DNA of 54,236 nucleotides, the filler included, from Stramenopiles sp. TOSAG23-3 (Eukaryota): assembly GCA_900128585.1 (NCBI GenBank). It is 4 parts of 4 records of this genome, joined end to end, with 100 filler letters (N's around TTAATTAATTAA, not from the genome) between each part and the next. Parts side by side here need not be neighbours in the genome. Positions count along the whole stretch, not along the records: positions 25,089 to 49,959 come from LT642297.1; 3 more parts are not named here. One strand, given 5' to 3'. The number at the start of each line of letters is the position of its first letter. Positions within the stretch are counted from its first letter, which is position 1. Below are positions 27,603-36,687 of this stretch, piece after piece. Below the pieces are notes generated by a model. It was not told the origin of the DNA. It did not search any database and saw nothing but the letters and a program-made list of their open reading frames with translations. Both the position numbers and the translations under genes were made by a program.

Positions 27603-28325
27603 ATGGCAACCATTGCTTGCAGACGTGGGGACGCCTTCCTGCTTTTGGATACTTACTCCAAACTTCGGCGTAATCTAGAGGTTGCCAGAGCCCAGGGTGC
27701 GACAAAGTTCGTTGTACTTCTAAGCACAGGGTCTTACAACCCTGTACACGTCCAGCATGTAAATATGTTTGACGTTGCCAAAGTAAACATGGAGCAGCAG
27801 GACCCCTCTCTTGCAGTAGTGGCTGGCTTCATGTCCCCTTCCCATGACGACTACGTTCGCAACAAATTGAGACTGGACGCCATCCCCAGCTCCGAGCGAT
27901 TGCAGATGGTCCATGATGCAACGTACGACCACCCATTTGTAGCCGCCCACGACTGGGAGGCTTCCCAGAATCGATTCTACGATTTTTCACAAGTAAGCAG
28001 AGCCGTACAAAAAGAGATAAAAAGCAAGTTTGGCCCAGATGTGACGATCTATTACCTGTGTGGGGCAGACCATATGCGAAAGTGCGGTTTGCAAAAGGGG
28101 ATGAAAGGTGTCGGGGTAGTCGCCGTCCAACGGAAGGGGGTCAGTACTCCTTATGTGCCCAAAGAGGCCCGGAAAAAGGACGTCATGATAATTACGGGAG
28201 ACTTTGTCTCCGGTGTTAGCTCTACAGAAGTTCGTAAACGACTAAAGAAAAAGGGAAAATGTGCTAATCTCAATGGACTTCTTCATCCCGCAGTGGCAGA
28301 ACGAATGAAGTCGCGGTACGGTTGA
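27603..28325 (+). CDS. Nicotinamide/nicotinate mononucleotide adenylyltransferase-like (cytidylyltransferase family)
   Basis: TGSYNPVHVQH (HIGH-type motif), GFMSPSHDDYV, YLCGADH and VSSTEVR. Confidence 0.85.
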   Translation: MATIACRRGDAFLLLDTYSKLRRNLEVARAQGATKFVVLLSTGSYNPVHVQHVNMFDVAKVNMEQQDPSLAVVAGFMSPSHDDYVRNKLRLDAIPSSERLQMVHDATYDHPFVAAHDWEASQNRFYDFSQVSRAVQKEIKSKFGPDVTIYYLCGADHMRKCGLQKGMKGVGVVAVQRKGVSTPYVPKEARKKDVMIITGDFVSGVSSTEVRKRLKKKGKCANLNGLLHPAVAERMKSRYG

Positions 28326-28438
28326 GGCACGTAGTGTTTACGAAGTAGAATTTTACCATATACGGGTATGGTAGCTTTAACTAATCATTTAAGAAAATTA
28401 GTAATTATGTGATGTTGTGTTAATGTACCTGGTTCCAT

Positions 28439-31315
28439 TCAGTCAACGCCCCACCCTCGAAGTCGCTGGGCAACGCGAATTATGTCCCCGAGAACTCCGC
28501 ATGCTCCCTCCTTACCACCTTGCCCCGACCCAAAAAATGTTAGGGGGAAAGTTCGATGTCGCTCTGTCTGAAAGGAAATAAATATTTCTTTTCCACGAAC
28601 GTGGAACAATTGGCTATCCCGGCTTACAACCTGAGGTCGAATATACGCCTTGGGGCCAGAAGTAGCATCAAATTTGATGCCCCCACTGAATCGTAAATGG
28701 GAGCCCTTGTCCTTGGACACAGACCCCCAATCAAAGTTTGCTAACTTTGTGTAGAGCTCTGAAGCTGTTGCAGTGGTCATTTCCAACTCTTCGTTTGGTG
28801 CCCCGACGATAGATTCAGGAATCAAAGGCTGTCGTTGAATGCCCTCGACTGTCAATGGTACCCCTAGCTGTCGTGCAATCACCACCAGTTTTCGTGCAAA
28901 ATCAAGCCCAGACAGGTCCACTCTCGGGTCCTCTTCCATAAATTTGGCGTCGATCGCTGCCTTGATGGCCTCGACGGGAGAAACGCCGCGGGAAATTTCG
29001 CACGTGATGTAGTTCATGCTACCACTTAGTGCACATTCGATAGATATAACTCGGTCCCCCGTTCGTAGTAATGAACGGATAGACGGTAGGATTGGAAGTG
29101 ATCCCCCTACCGTTGAATCATAAAGCAGGTATGCCCCACATTGTGACGAAGTCAAATACTTTTCGTTCGGACCAATGAGTTCGCTAAGGCCGCAGACGGA
29201 GGCAGCACTAGAGAGCACTACGTTAATGCCAAGTCCAAGGCAGCGCTTGTATAGGCCTTTTCGGGGGCGCAGAGAGCAATCGACAAATATTGGAGATGGC
29301 TGGGTTTTCAGGTACTCCAATGCAGAGTCTATGCACGCTTCCAACGACCCATCCTCTTTCCCGTATTCCCATAACTTCCCGTCGCACTGGATTTCCCCCC
29401 CACTTTCTTGAAGAACACCCACAATCCTCACGCAGAGGCTGTGCTCCCGCTCAAGCATCGGTGACTGCTGTTCGACTACTTTAACAAGTGCAGCAGAAGT
29501 TGTAGCAGAGCCGTGAAGACCATTTGGTGCAGCTAAGACTACCACGGAACACTGCGCATTCGACAAGTTGAAGGCGGCGTGAACAGCCCGCACGGCCCGC
29601 TTTGTGGACGCTCCGTTGATGGTGCAGGTGAATGAGTGGGATCCCTCCGCAACGGCAAGAATGGAAATTCCCAATGCACCAAGCGTTCCTGTAAACCGCG
29701 CAGCAACATTTGTGGCCTTCCGAATATTGGCCTGCACTACTGAAATCATTGTAACCGGCTCGGTCACCTGCACGTCGTCAACGTCGCGATTTTCGATTTG
29801 GCGCGCCAAGGCCCGCTCGATCGCTAGCTTTGCCCGGGTCTGGTCGTCCACGGTCACGACAACGATCGCGCTCTGCCCATGTGCAGCCTGAGATTCCATA
29901 AGAATGTTTACCTTTGCCCCTGCCAATGCTGTGCTGATGGTAGCACCGAGCAAAAAATTGTCGTCCGCCTCCGCGCCGTCCTCTCTCGAGGTGCCACACT
30001 TGCGGCGGGAGACGATTTCCAACATCACAAGATTTTCCAATGACGTCACGCACGTCGGGCGAGGGCGTGGCGAGTCGTGGGGAAGTGGGGGCGTGGCATC
30101 CTTCATCATTTGTTCTTCGTCTATGTTTTCTCCGCCACTGTTTTCCTTTGAATACTCCCGTGTTTGAGTTCTTCCGGACCCATCCCGATCAATGCACGTC
30201 CCACACCCTTCCCTCCCCGTTGCCAAAGAGTTTTGAAGGTACATGGGCACCCCAGTCTCCATCAACGGCAGGAATGTCCTTGGATGGAACATTCCCGTGC
30301 CGTAGTCAGCCAGCCCAAGGGCTTCCCTATACGAAAGGTTTGCCACTGGTACAGCTTCCTTTACAATCCGTGGGTCTGCCGTCATCACTCCGTCCACGTC
30401 CGTATTGATCACAACGCGGTTTGCCCGCAGCGCGGACCCTAGGAGAGTGGCCGTATAGTCCGAACCATTTCGGCCAAGGGTCGTCGTCCGTCCATCAGTG
30501 GTTTGGCCAATAAATCCAGTGTGGACGGCGACACGGCAGTGCGTTGCAGTGCTCGCCCACTGACCCCAAAGGGCGCGGACGTTTTCGCAAGTTTCGTTCC
30601 ACTTCACTTTTGCGTTACCAAAGTGGGCGTCTGTCTCAACCCAGCTTCGGGCATCCACGAACGTAGCAGCAATGCCCTTTGTTCGCAGAATCTGCGACAT
30701 CAAAAACGCGCTCAAGCGCTCACCGAAGGATAGGGCAAAGTCCAACGATAACGGTGTTACCTCTCGAAGAAGTGACATACCCTTCAGAATGTCCCGAAGG
30801 GGACTCAGAAAAAGCCTAACATTTGCGATCAGCGACGGGGGATTGTGCCCAGAAGCACACACCGCCATAGCTTGCGATATGGCAAGTTCTGCCACACGGT
30901 CAATACAGGACTCCGCTGCGGCCATGTCCCCGCTGGCGGCGTAATCCGCCGCATCCAGCAAGTGGTCTGTCGTGTTTCCCATCGCCGACACGACGACCAG
31001 GAGCGTCTTTCGGTAGGGCCCGGGCTTGGCCTCGGCGTGGAGCCGCGCGGAGAGGCCTGCGACGGTCGCCACGACCTGCTTGAGCCGTTCCGCTGTCCCC
31101 ACGCTCGACCCACCAAATTTGTACACAAGGAAGAGGGAGGGTGGCGGGGCCAGGCAGTGACTCGATGCAAGCTGTCGACCGAGTGTGGGAAGGCAGAGGG
31201 ATGACGGCAACATCCGTCCTGTGGGGAGTGCGTCATCCTCTGTCCCCCCGGGCTGAATCTTTCGCTTTTTCGGAATATGGGCCGTAGATGAGGAGGGGGG
31301 CGGGGACGACAGCAT
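28439..31315 (-). CDS. Bifunctional aspartokinase / homoserine dehydrogenase (ThrA/MetL-like); the HSDH half is divergent
   Basis: AK motifs KFGGSSV, VVVSAMG, GERLSA, TTLGRNGSDYTA and TDVDGVMTADPR, then two ACT-like regions. HSDH motifs TVGGSLP and EDPRVDLSGLDFARKL. ATG at 31315; the track start is TTG. Confidence 0.92.
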   Translation of the reverse strand: MLSSPPPSSSTAHIPKKRKIQPGGTEDDALPTGRMLPSSLCLPTLGRQLASSHCLAPPPSLFLVYKFGGSSVGTAERLKQVVATVAGLSARLHAEAKPGPYRKTLLVVVSAMGNTTDHLLDAADYAASGDMAAAESCIDRVAELAISQAMAVCASGHNPPSLIANVRLFLSPLRDILKGMSLLREVTPLSLDFALSFGERLSAFLMSQILRTKGIAATFVDARSWVETDAHFGNAKVKWNETCENVRALWGQWASTATHCRVAVHTGFIGQTTDGRTTTLGRNGSDYTATLLGSALRANRVVINTDVDGVMTADPRIVKEAVPVANLSYREALGLADYGTGMFHPRTFLPLMETGVPMYLQNSLATGREGCGTCIDRDGSGRTQTREYSKENSGGENIDEEQMMKDATPPLPHDSPRPRPTCVTSLENLVMLEIVSRRKCGTSREDGAEADDNFLLGATISTALAGAKVNILMESQAAHGQSAIVVVTVDDQTRAKLAIERALARQIENRDVDDVQVTEPVTMISVVQANIRKATNVAARFTGTLGALGISILAVAEGSHSFTCTINGASTKRAVRAVHAAFNLSNAQCSVVVLAAPNGLHGSATTSAALVKVVEQQSPMLEREHSLCVRIVGVLQESGGEIQCDGKLWEYGKEDGSLEACIDSALEYLKTQPSPIFVDCSLRPRKGLYKRCLGLGINVVLSSAASVCGLSELIGPNEKYLTSSQCGAYLLYDSTVGGSLPILPSIRSLLRTGDRVISIECALSGSMNYITCEISRGVSPVEAIKAAIDAKFMEEDPRVDLSGLDFARKLVVIARQLGVPLTVEGIQRQPLIPESIVGAPNEELEMTTATASELYTKLANFDWGSVSKDKGSHLRFSGGIKFDATSGPKAYIRPQVVSRDSQLFHVRGKEIFISFQTERHRTFPLTFFGSGQGGKEGACGVLGDIIRVAQRLRGWGVD

Positions 31316-31871
31316 GGTTGCGATGATGAAGAAACGAGGAAAATGCAAAAATAACTAATTCAAAAATGCAAAAGTGGCGTAACCAAACTCAATGTCCAAG
31401 TGATAAATATATTTATCACCGTTTTCAGTTTAAATTTATTTTGAAGACGAGAAAGGGAAAGAATAATAAATAAAGAAACAAACCAATTGAAAATTAATAC
31501 TTGATGAAACCGGTTCGTTGGTGGTGGAAACAGCATACAACATACAACATAACACAATATATACAACAACAATATAATAAATATAAAGGAAGAACGAAAG
31601 AAGAAGAAGAAAAAATGAGAGATGATGATGATATAAGAAAATTACACTTCTATTTTATATTAACATAGAAATAACATTGAATTTTGAATAGAAAAAATGA
31701 CGTAATAACAATTAATAAAATATGAAGAAAAAAAAGAATTCTTCTATCTTCTTCGATCGATAATATCTTTTTTCTTTTTACCCAATGCTACACTCTCTTT
31801 ATATTTATAATATATATTTTTTTGTCTATTTTCTAATAACAATATTTTTTTATATTTTAAGAATGACGCAC

Positions 31872-32060
31872 CCATCTTTCCATCTTTCCATCTTTTCCAT
31901 CTTTCCATCTTTTCTTCTTTTCTTCTTTTCCATCTTTTCTTCTTTTCCATCTTTTCTTCTTTTCTTCTTTCCATCTTTTCTTCTTTTCTTCTTCTTCTTT
32001 TCTTCTTTTCTTCTTTTCTTTAAAAAATTAAAAAAAGAAAGAAGAAGAAGAAAAAAAGAA
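31872..32060. repeat. Polypyrimidine tandem repeats (CCATCTTT(T), CTTCTTTT) followed by a GAA tract
   Basis: Directly visible low-complexity repeats in the spacer between divergent genes. Confidence 0.9.
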
Positions 32061-32474
32061 AATTATAAATTCCGTGGTTTTTGTACTTGTTAATTCTATG
32101 TATTAGTTAAAAAATATCCTTATGGTGTGTTTATGTATTATTATACTGATATTTCCTATTTTTTGATGATAAAATAGATATAAAAAACAACCAACTTTTT
32201 TTCATCCTCCATCACAGAAGACGACAGATATTTATATTAGATTGTGAAAAAAAGTGAAGAAGAAAAGTACGATATTAATAGTACATTTCTTTCTTCTTTT
32301 TATAATGGTTGTTTACTTCTCTTCATCATATAAGTGAGACACAAGTTGTACGAGGAAGTAATAAATAAAAACACAGATAGTCGACTAACTGAGCAACATA
32401 AAAACCAAGCAATATTGTGACAGAGACACGAATGCAGTAGCACGAGTTGTTCTGTCCGCCCCCGGTCCCTGGCG

Positions 32475-33770
32475 ATGAAAAAAGGCTCTTTCGAATCCTC
32501 GGCTTGGGTTGCTTTTTTGTTAATATTCTTTGACATTGCCACCTATTCCCTCGCGGTCCCATTTTTCCCGTCTCTGTTTATTGAGACGCTGGGCTCTGAA
32601 AAGGGTAGCATTTTTTGGGGGATCGCACAATCGTGCGGTTGTGCAGTAGGGGTTATAAATGGTTTTCTCAGTGGGGTTTTGAGCGATAACTTGGGCAGGA
32701 AATTTCCAATCGTTTTGAACCAGGCGCTGGGTTTCGGGGCGCTTGTATCGCTCGCCGTTGCCTCGGGCGAAAAGCAGGCGAGGAGTTTTTCAGCATATCT
32801 CTTACTATTTGGGTATATTTTCAGGAAAGGTAACCGCACGATCCCAGTAGTGATGGCTTATTTAGTGGATGGGACCAGCACCAACGAGCAACTGAGGGAG
32901 CTGTTGCCAAGGACTCACAGCGTGTTGGGGTTCGCGTTTGGGGTCGGTCCTTTAATATCTTCGCTTTTGCTGTCAAACCTTGGTGTGCCCACTAGCTCAA
33001 TATTCGCTTTGGGCGCTTGCTTTGTTTTCATCAACATTGTCATGGCAGTCTATCAACTGCCGGCTTCACCGATAGTCTCAGGAAAGACCAGAAGGGCAAA
33101 AGCGATCACCTGCAGCTCCATGAAGGAGTCCATCTTTAAAAACAAGGTGGTGTATTTTATACACTTTGCGGGCTCCATAGGACAACAATGCTACATCGCA
33201 ACGTTTGGAATCGTGGCTCGGGACAGGTTTCTAATCAAGGGCGCGCGCTATGGCTATATTATTTCGTACTTTGGGCTGGCATATGCTTTTTCTAGCGCTT
33301 ACGTTGTCCCCATACTTTCCAAACACCTCAAACCCCGAACGCTTCTCAGCTCTGGCTTACTTTTTGTGTCCATTGCCCGTTGGCTTCTTGGGGTGGTCTC
33401 CACGATCAACATGCTTTTGGTGTGCCATGCTGCGGTGGCAATAGGCAGCGCTGCGTTTACGTACGTAGTGTCACTGGAGCTGAACCGGTTAGAGAAAGGC
33501 AGCTCCGTGGCTCAAAAATCCTATGGCGGAGCAAAGAATGGAGCCGCCGACTCCGTGTCAAAATTTGCTGGTGTCATTGCCCCAATGATTACGTTACCCT
33601 TGCACTACTATTACTACTTGGACACCGCGGTTTCCCCTGGAGCGGCAATTGCGAGTACCTTTTATTTCCTCGCATTTTTGGCATCGGTGCTCTTACCGCT
33701 TGGCAATTATAACGGATCGTTACAGAAGAAGACCCCGCCTGGGAAGATGGGCAGTAAAAAATCCTTGTAG
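32475..33770 (+). CDS. Major facilitator superfamily transporter (TetA/DHA1-like)
   Basis: About 12 hydrophobic segments, motif A GVLSDNLGRK, MAYLVD and GFAFGVGPLIS. Confidence 0.88.
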   Translation: MKKGSFESSAWVAFLLIFFDIATYSLAVPFFPSLFIETLGSEKGSIFWGIAQSCGCAVGVINGFLSGVLSDNLGRKFPIVLNQALGFGALVSLAVASGEKQARSFSAYLLLFGYIFRKGNRTIPVVMAYLVDGTSTNEQLRELLPRTHSVLGFAFGVGPLISSLLLSNLGVPTSSIFALGACFVFINIVMAVYQLPASPIVSGKTRRAKAITCSSMKESIFKNKVVYFIHFAGSIGQQCYIATFGIVARDRFLIKGARYGYIISYFGLAYAFSSAYVVPILSKHLKPRTLLSSGLLFVSIARWLLGVVSTINMLLVCHAAVAIGSAAFTYVVSLELNRLEKGSSVAQKSYGGAKNGAADSVSKFAGVIAPMITLPLHYYYYLDTAVSPGAAIASTFYFLAFLASVLLPLGNYNGSLQKKTPPGKMGSKKSL

Positions 33771-33860
33771 AAATTTCTCAGATTAATGTGAGAACAGTAA
33801 TTTTATATAAAACCAAAATCTACAAAAAAGTATTTTGTAAAATGGGTTATTTGAGTATGT

Positions 33861-33922
33861 ATGAGGAAGATAAATTAAAACAAGAAAATTGGCCGTTATT
33901 TAAGTAATGAGGAAGATAAATT
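33861..33922 (+). repeat. Copy 2 of the dispersed element (within 33877-33906), flanked by the perfect 16-bp direct repeat ATGAGGAAGATAAATT
   Basis: 33861-33876 is identical to 33907-33922. Confidence 0.9.
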
Positions 33923-34134
33923 TTTGCTTAAAAAATTTACTTCAATTTGAAAACAAATTATATTATAGTACGATTTTTAGCAGTTGCGAAATTAGATCAG
34001 TTCCACTATTGGGATAATCTTGAGAGTCTTAAAACATACTATATCATATCATTATTATACCTAGAAGCAGGCGACAAAAATTGAAGCCTGGGGCCTGCTT
34101 CAACTGGGAGTATGCAAAAACCTGAGCAACCTAG

Positions 34135-34164
34135 TACTTCAAAAAATAACAGCCAATTTTCTTG
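34135..34164 (-). repeat. Dispersed element, copy 3 (inverted relative to copy 2)
   Basis: Minus strand reads CAAGAAAATTGGCTGTTATTTTTTGAAGTA. Confidence 0.88.
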
Positions 34165-34243
34165 TTTTTATATATTATTATATCAGTGTATTTGTTTCCA
34201 GTAAACTTGGAGATACAAAATAAAACAAGCGTTTTCGTTTAGC

Positions 34244-35940
34244 TTAAATATTCATGTTTATTTTTTTAACATCGACGACGGATTTGCACTTGCTGTAAGG
34301 ACCGGCGCGATTCGACTTGAAAAACCCTGCCGGGATGATTTGCGCACCCTTTGGCTTCTTGTCCCGAAAATTACAATGTTCGGGCACCGTTCTGTCAACA
34401 TTGATAATCATAACTTGGATTCGCTCCGGTTTGTTTTTGGAACCTGGTGGAGGTAGTTTGCACCAATAAAATTCATGGACGCCGCAGTGGGAGCCGCGCT
34501 GGTGCTCATGCCATATGCCAAAAAAATTTGCGATGGGCTCAAAATCTTTCCGGTAAGGCGATAAATTTGCGTTGATCCATATCGCCAAAGTTTGCCCAGG
34601 TTTTACTTTGTTAAAATCACCAAACGTTGAAAACGGCAAGGAATTCTGTATCAGACCTTCCAGGCGATCTTTGTATGGGCGCTGCTCTGCCATTTCAAGC
34701 GCAAGCTTCGCCTTCGAGTTTGCGTTGAGGTTCCAGTTGACACTTGAGTCGTTGTTCGTGGCAATACGAGCAAAATACTTTGCATGCGTTTTTTTCTCCA
34801 TAAAAGTTCCTTTGATCCCCGCATGAAACACGCGCGGGACTTGCGGGTACAGTACCTCGCGGTTGTTGTGCTGCTTTTTCTGGCGCAGCCAATGGTCCCA
34901 GTGTTCCCTGGGCCACTTCCGTTCAAGCTCCATTTTGAAGAGACGGCGGGTAAGCATCCACCCCAAGCCAGGGAAAAAAATTGTTCTTTTCAATTGATAA
35001 TTATCCTTCACAAGAGACTTGAACCCGTTGTCGTTCCAGGCCGACGCAATCCAGAGGCTCTGGTCCGAGTCCAACACGCGGCTGACTGCCGCGAAATATT
35101 CGTAAAAATCTGGAGAAAACCGCAAATCGTCTTCGACAATGATAACGGCGGGACTGTCCTTGTCTACACTGTTGAAAAAGTGCCCAAGGGACCACTTGTA
35201 ATGGGTCGCAATTTGGACCGCGCCAACCTTCCACGGTGGGCCAAAAGTCTTCTTCTGCACATGCCGTTTCAGTTTGATTTTAAACTCTTCGGCGACCTTC
35301 CCAACGCGCGGGTCCGTCCCATCCTGCGCTATGAATACTTTCTCGCGATGCACCCCCCGAACCCCCAGCAAAGACTTCAACGTTTTCTTCAGCTGCTCCG
35401 GCCGGTTTTTCGCCAGCAAAAGGATTGGAATTTCCCCTCCAGACGATAAAAACGAGGTCAGCGGCCCGTTGGCGCCAGGCCCGTCTGGCTTTGCCCCAGT
35501 CACAGGGGCGTCGTCACGGTTCTCCGGGGTCGGCGCCGCTGCGGTTGGGGGCGGTGTTGTCGCCGTACTCACCGCCACAATATTTTTCTGTTTTGCCGCC
35601 ACAACCTTGGCCTTTCTTCCCATGTTGAGTGCAGGCTTTTGTCTCAAACTCTTGGGCTTCATATGGGCAGAGGTTTGGGGTTGCCTCGCGTTCGTGGAAG
35701 CTGCGGTCCCCTCGCTACGGGCCTTGCTCGCGTGGGCTGACACCTTCCGACCGTGCGACAGGCCGTGCAGGCGCGTCGGTCGGAACAGAAAGAAACTCAT
35801 GGACCCCACGAGGATCAAGAGAAGACCAAAAAACGAGAACGTTGAATTGCAACCTCTAGTAGTTTGCGCAGTCTCCCCCGAAGCGCTCGACCGCTTCTTT
35901 TTCTTCTTCTTCTTCTTCCCCGCCTCGCCCCCCCCCCCAT
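34244..35940 (-). CDS. MGAT1: Alpha-1,3-mannosyl-glycoprotein 2-beta-N-acetylglucosaminyltransferase (GnT-I, GT13); start uncertain
   Basis: IAQDG, IATHYKWSL, IIVEDDL, SAWNDNG, FFPGLGWML and HWDHWLR, with a type II signal anchor and stem. The likely ATG (35940) is out of frame across a G homopolymer; the track ORF starts at GTG 35983. Confidence 0.9.
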
Positions 35941-36687
35941 CTTTTTTTTTTTGCTCGTAAACTGCAAAACCCAGGCCGGCCACACCCTAACAAAGTGTAA
36001 AACCCGTTCCGCACACTTTCCACGCACGTGCCTCGCCACCAGTACCGCACTCTATCGGAAGAAATAAGAACGTGGGAAATATCGTATTTTGTTTTGCCTC
36101 TGTTGGTAACTATGTACGAGGTAGTTTAATCGTCTGACTAATCGACAAACAAAAGAGCCAAAAGGAGGAGGCGAGCGGCGAGGGGCGGCAGGCATGTTTT
36201 TTTTGTTGTTGTAAAAAAATCGGGATGGATGATGGAGTAAATAATAATGAATGTATTTTAAAATTAGGTGTCTGATATTAATATTATAGATAGTAGGTCT
36301 ATACATCAACACAGCATCATCTGTTTAAATTAACAGTTAAACAATTAATATATTTTAATACTTCTTCTGTTATGTTTTTGTTTGACGCATCATAATTGAC
36401 CATAGTTCGTTTGTTCCTTGTTCCTTCGTTTGTTTGACTGTGTTAATATATATATATATTAGTCGTTCTATAATCGTCAGTCTAGTCGTCTAGTAATACT
36501 CTTGTACGAACATACATACCATGTATCTTATAAATATATTGAATTGTTTAATTTTGATTTTAAATGGAAAAGGGAGTTCTTCCGATATGGAACGGAAAAG
36601 ACGACGTTTTCCTTGTGTAATTTGTAGACAACGATATTTTCTTGTCCAACAATTACAGGGGGGGGGGGCTCTACTCAAGCACTCACT

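Noticed and set aside
28323-28334. TGA stops as possible selenocysteine codons, considered because SelU is present
   Set aside because: The TGAs fall at the expected protein ends, read-through gives no redox motif, and I could not identify a SECIS.
33861-33922. Repeat-spacer-repeat resembling a minimal CRISPR
   Set aside because: Only two 16-bp repeats, no cas genes, a eukaryotic context, and the 'spacer' is itself a dispersed repeat.
34061-34135. Hairpin plus CTAG as a Helitron 3' end
   Set aside because: The hairpin-to-CTAG spacing and flanking bases do not fit well on either strand, and no 5' TC end could be assigned.
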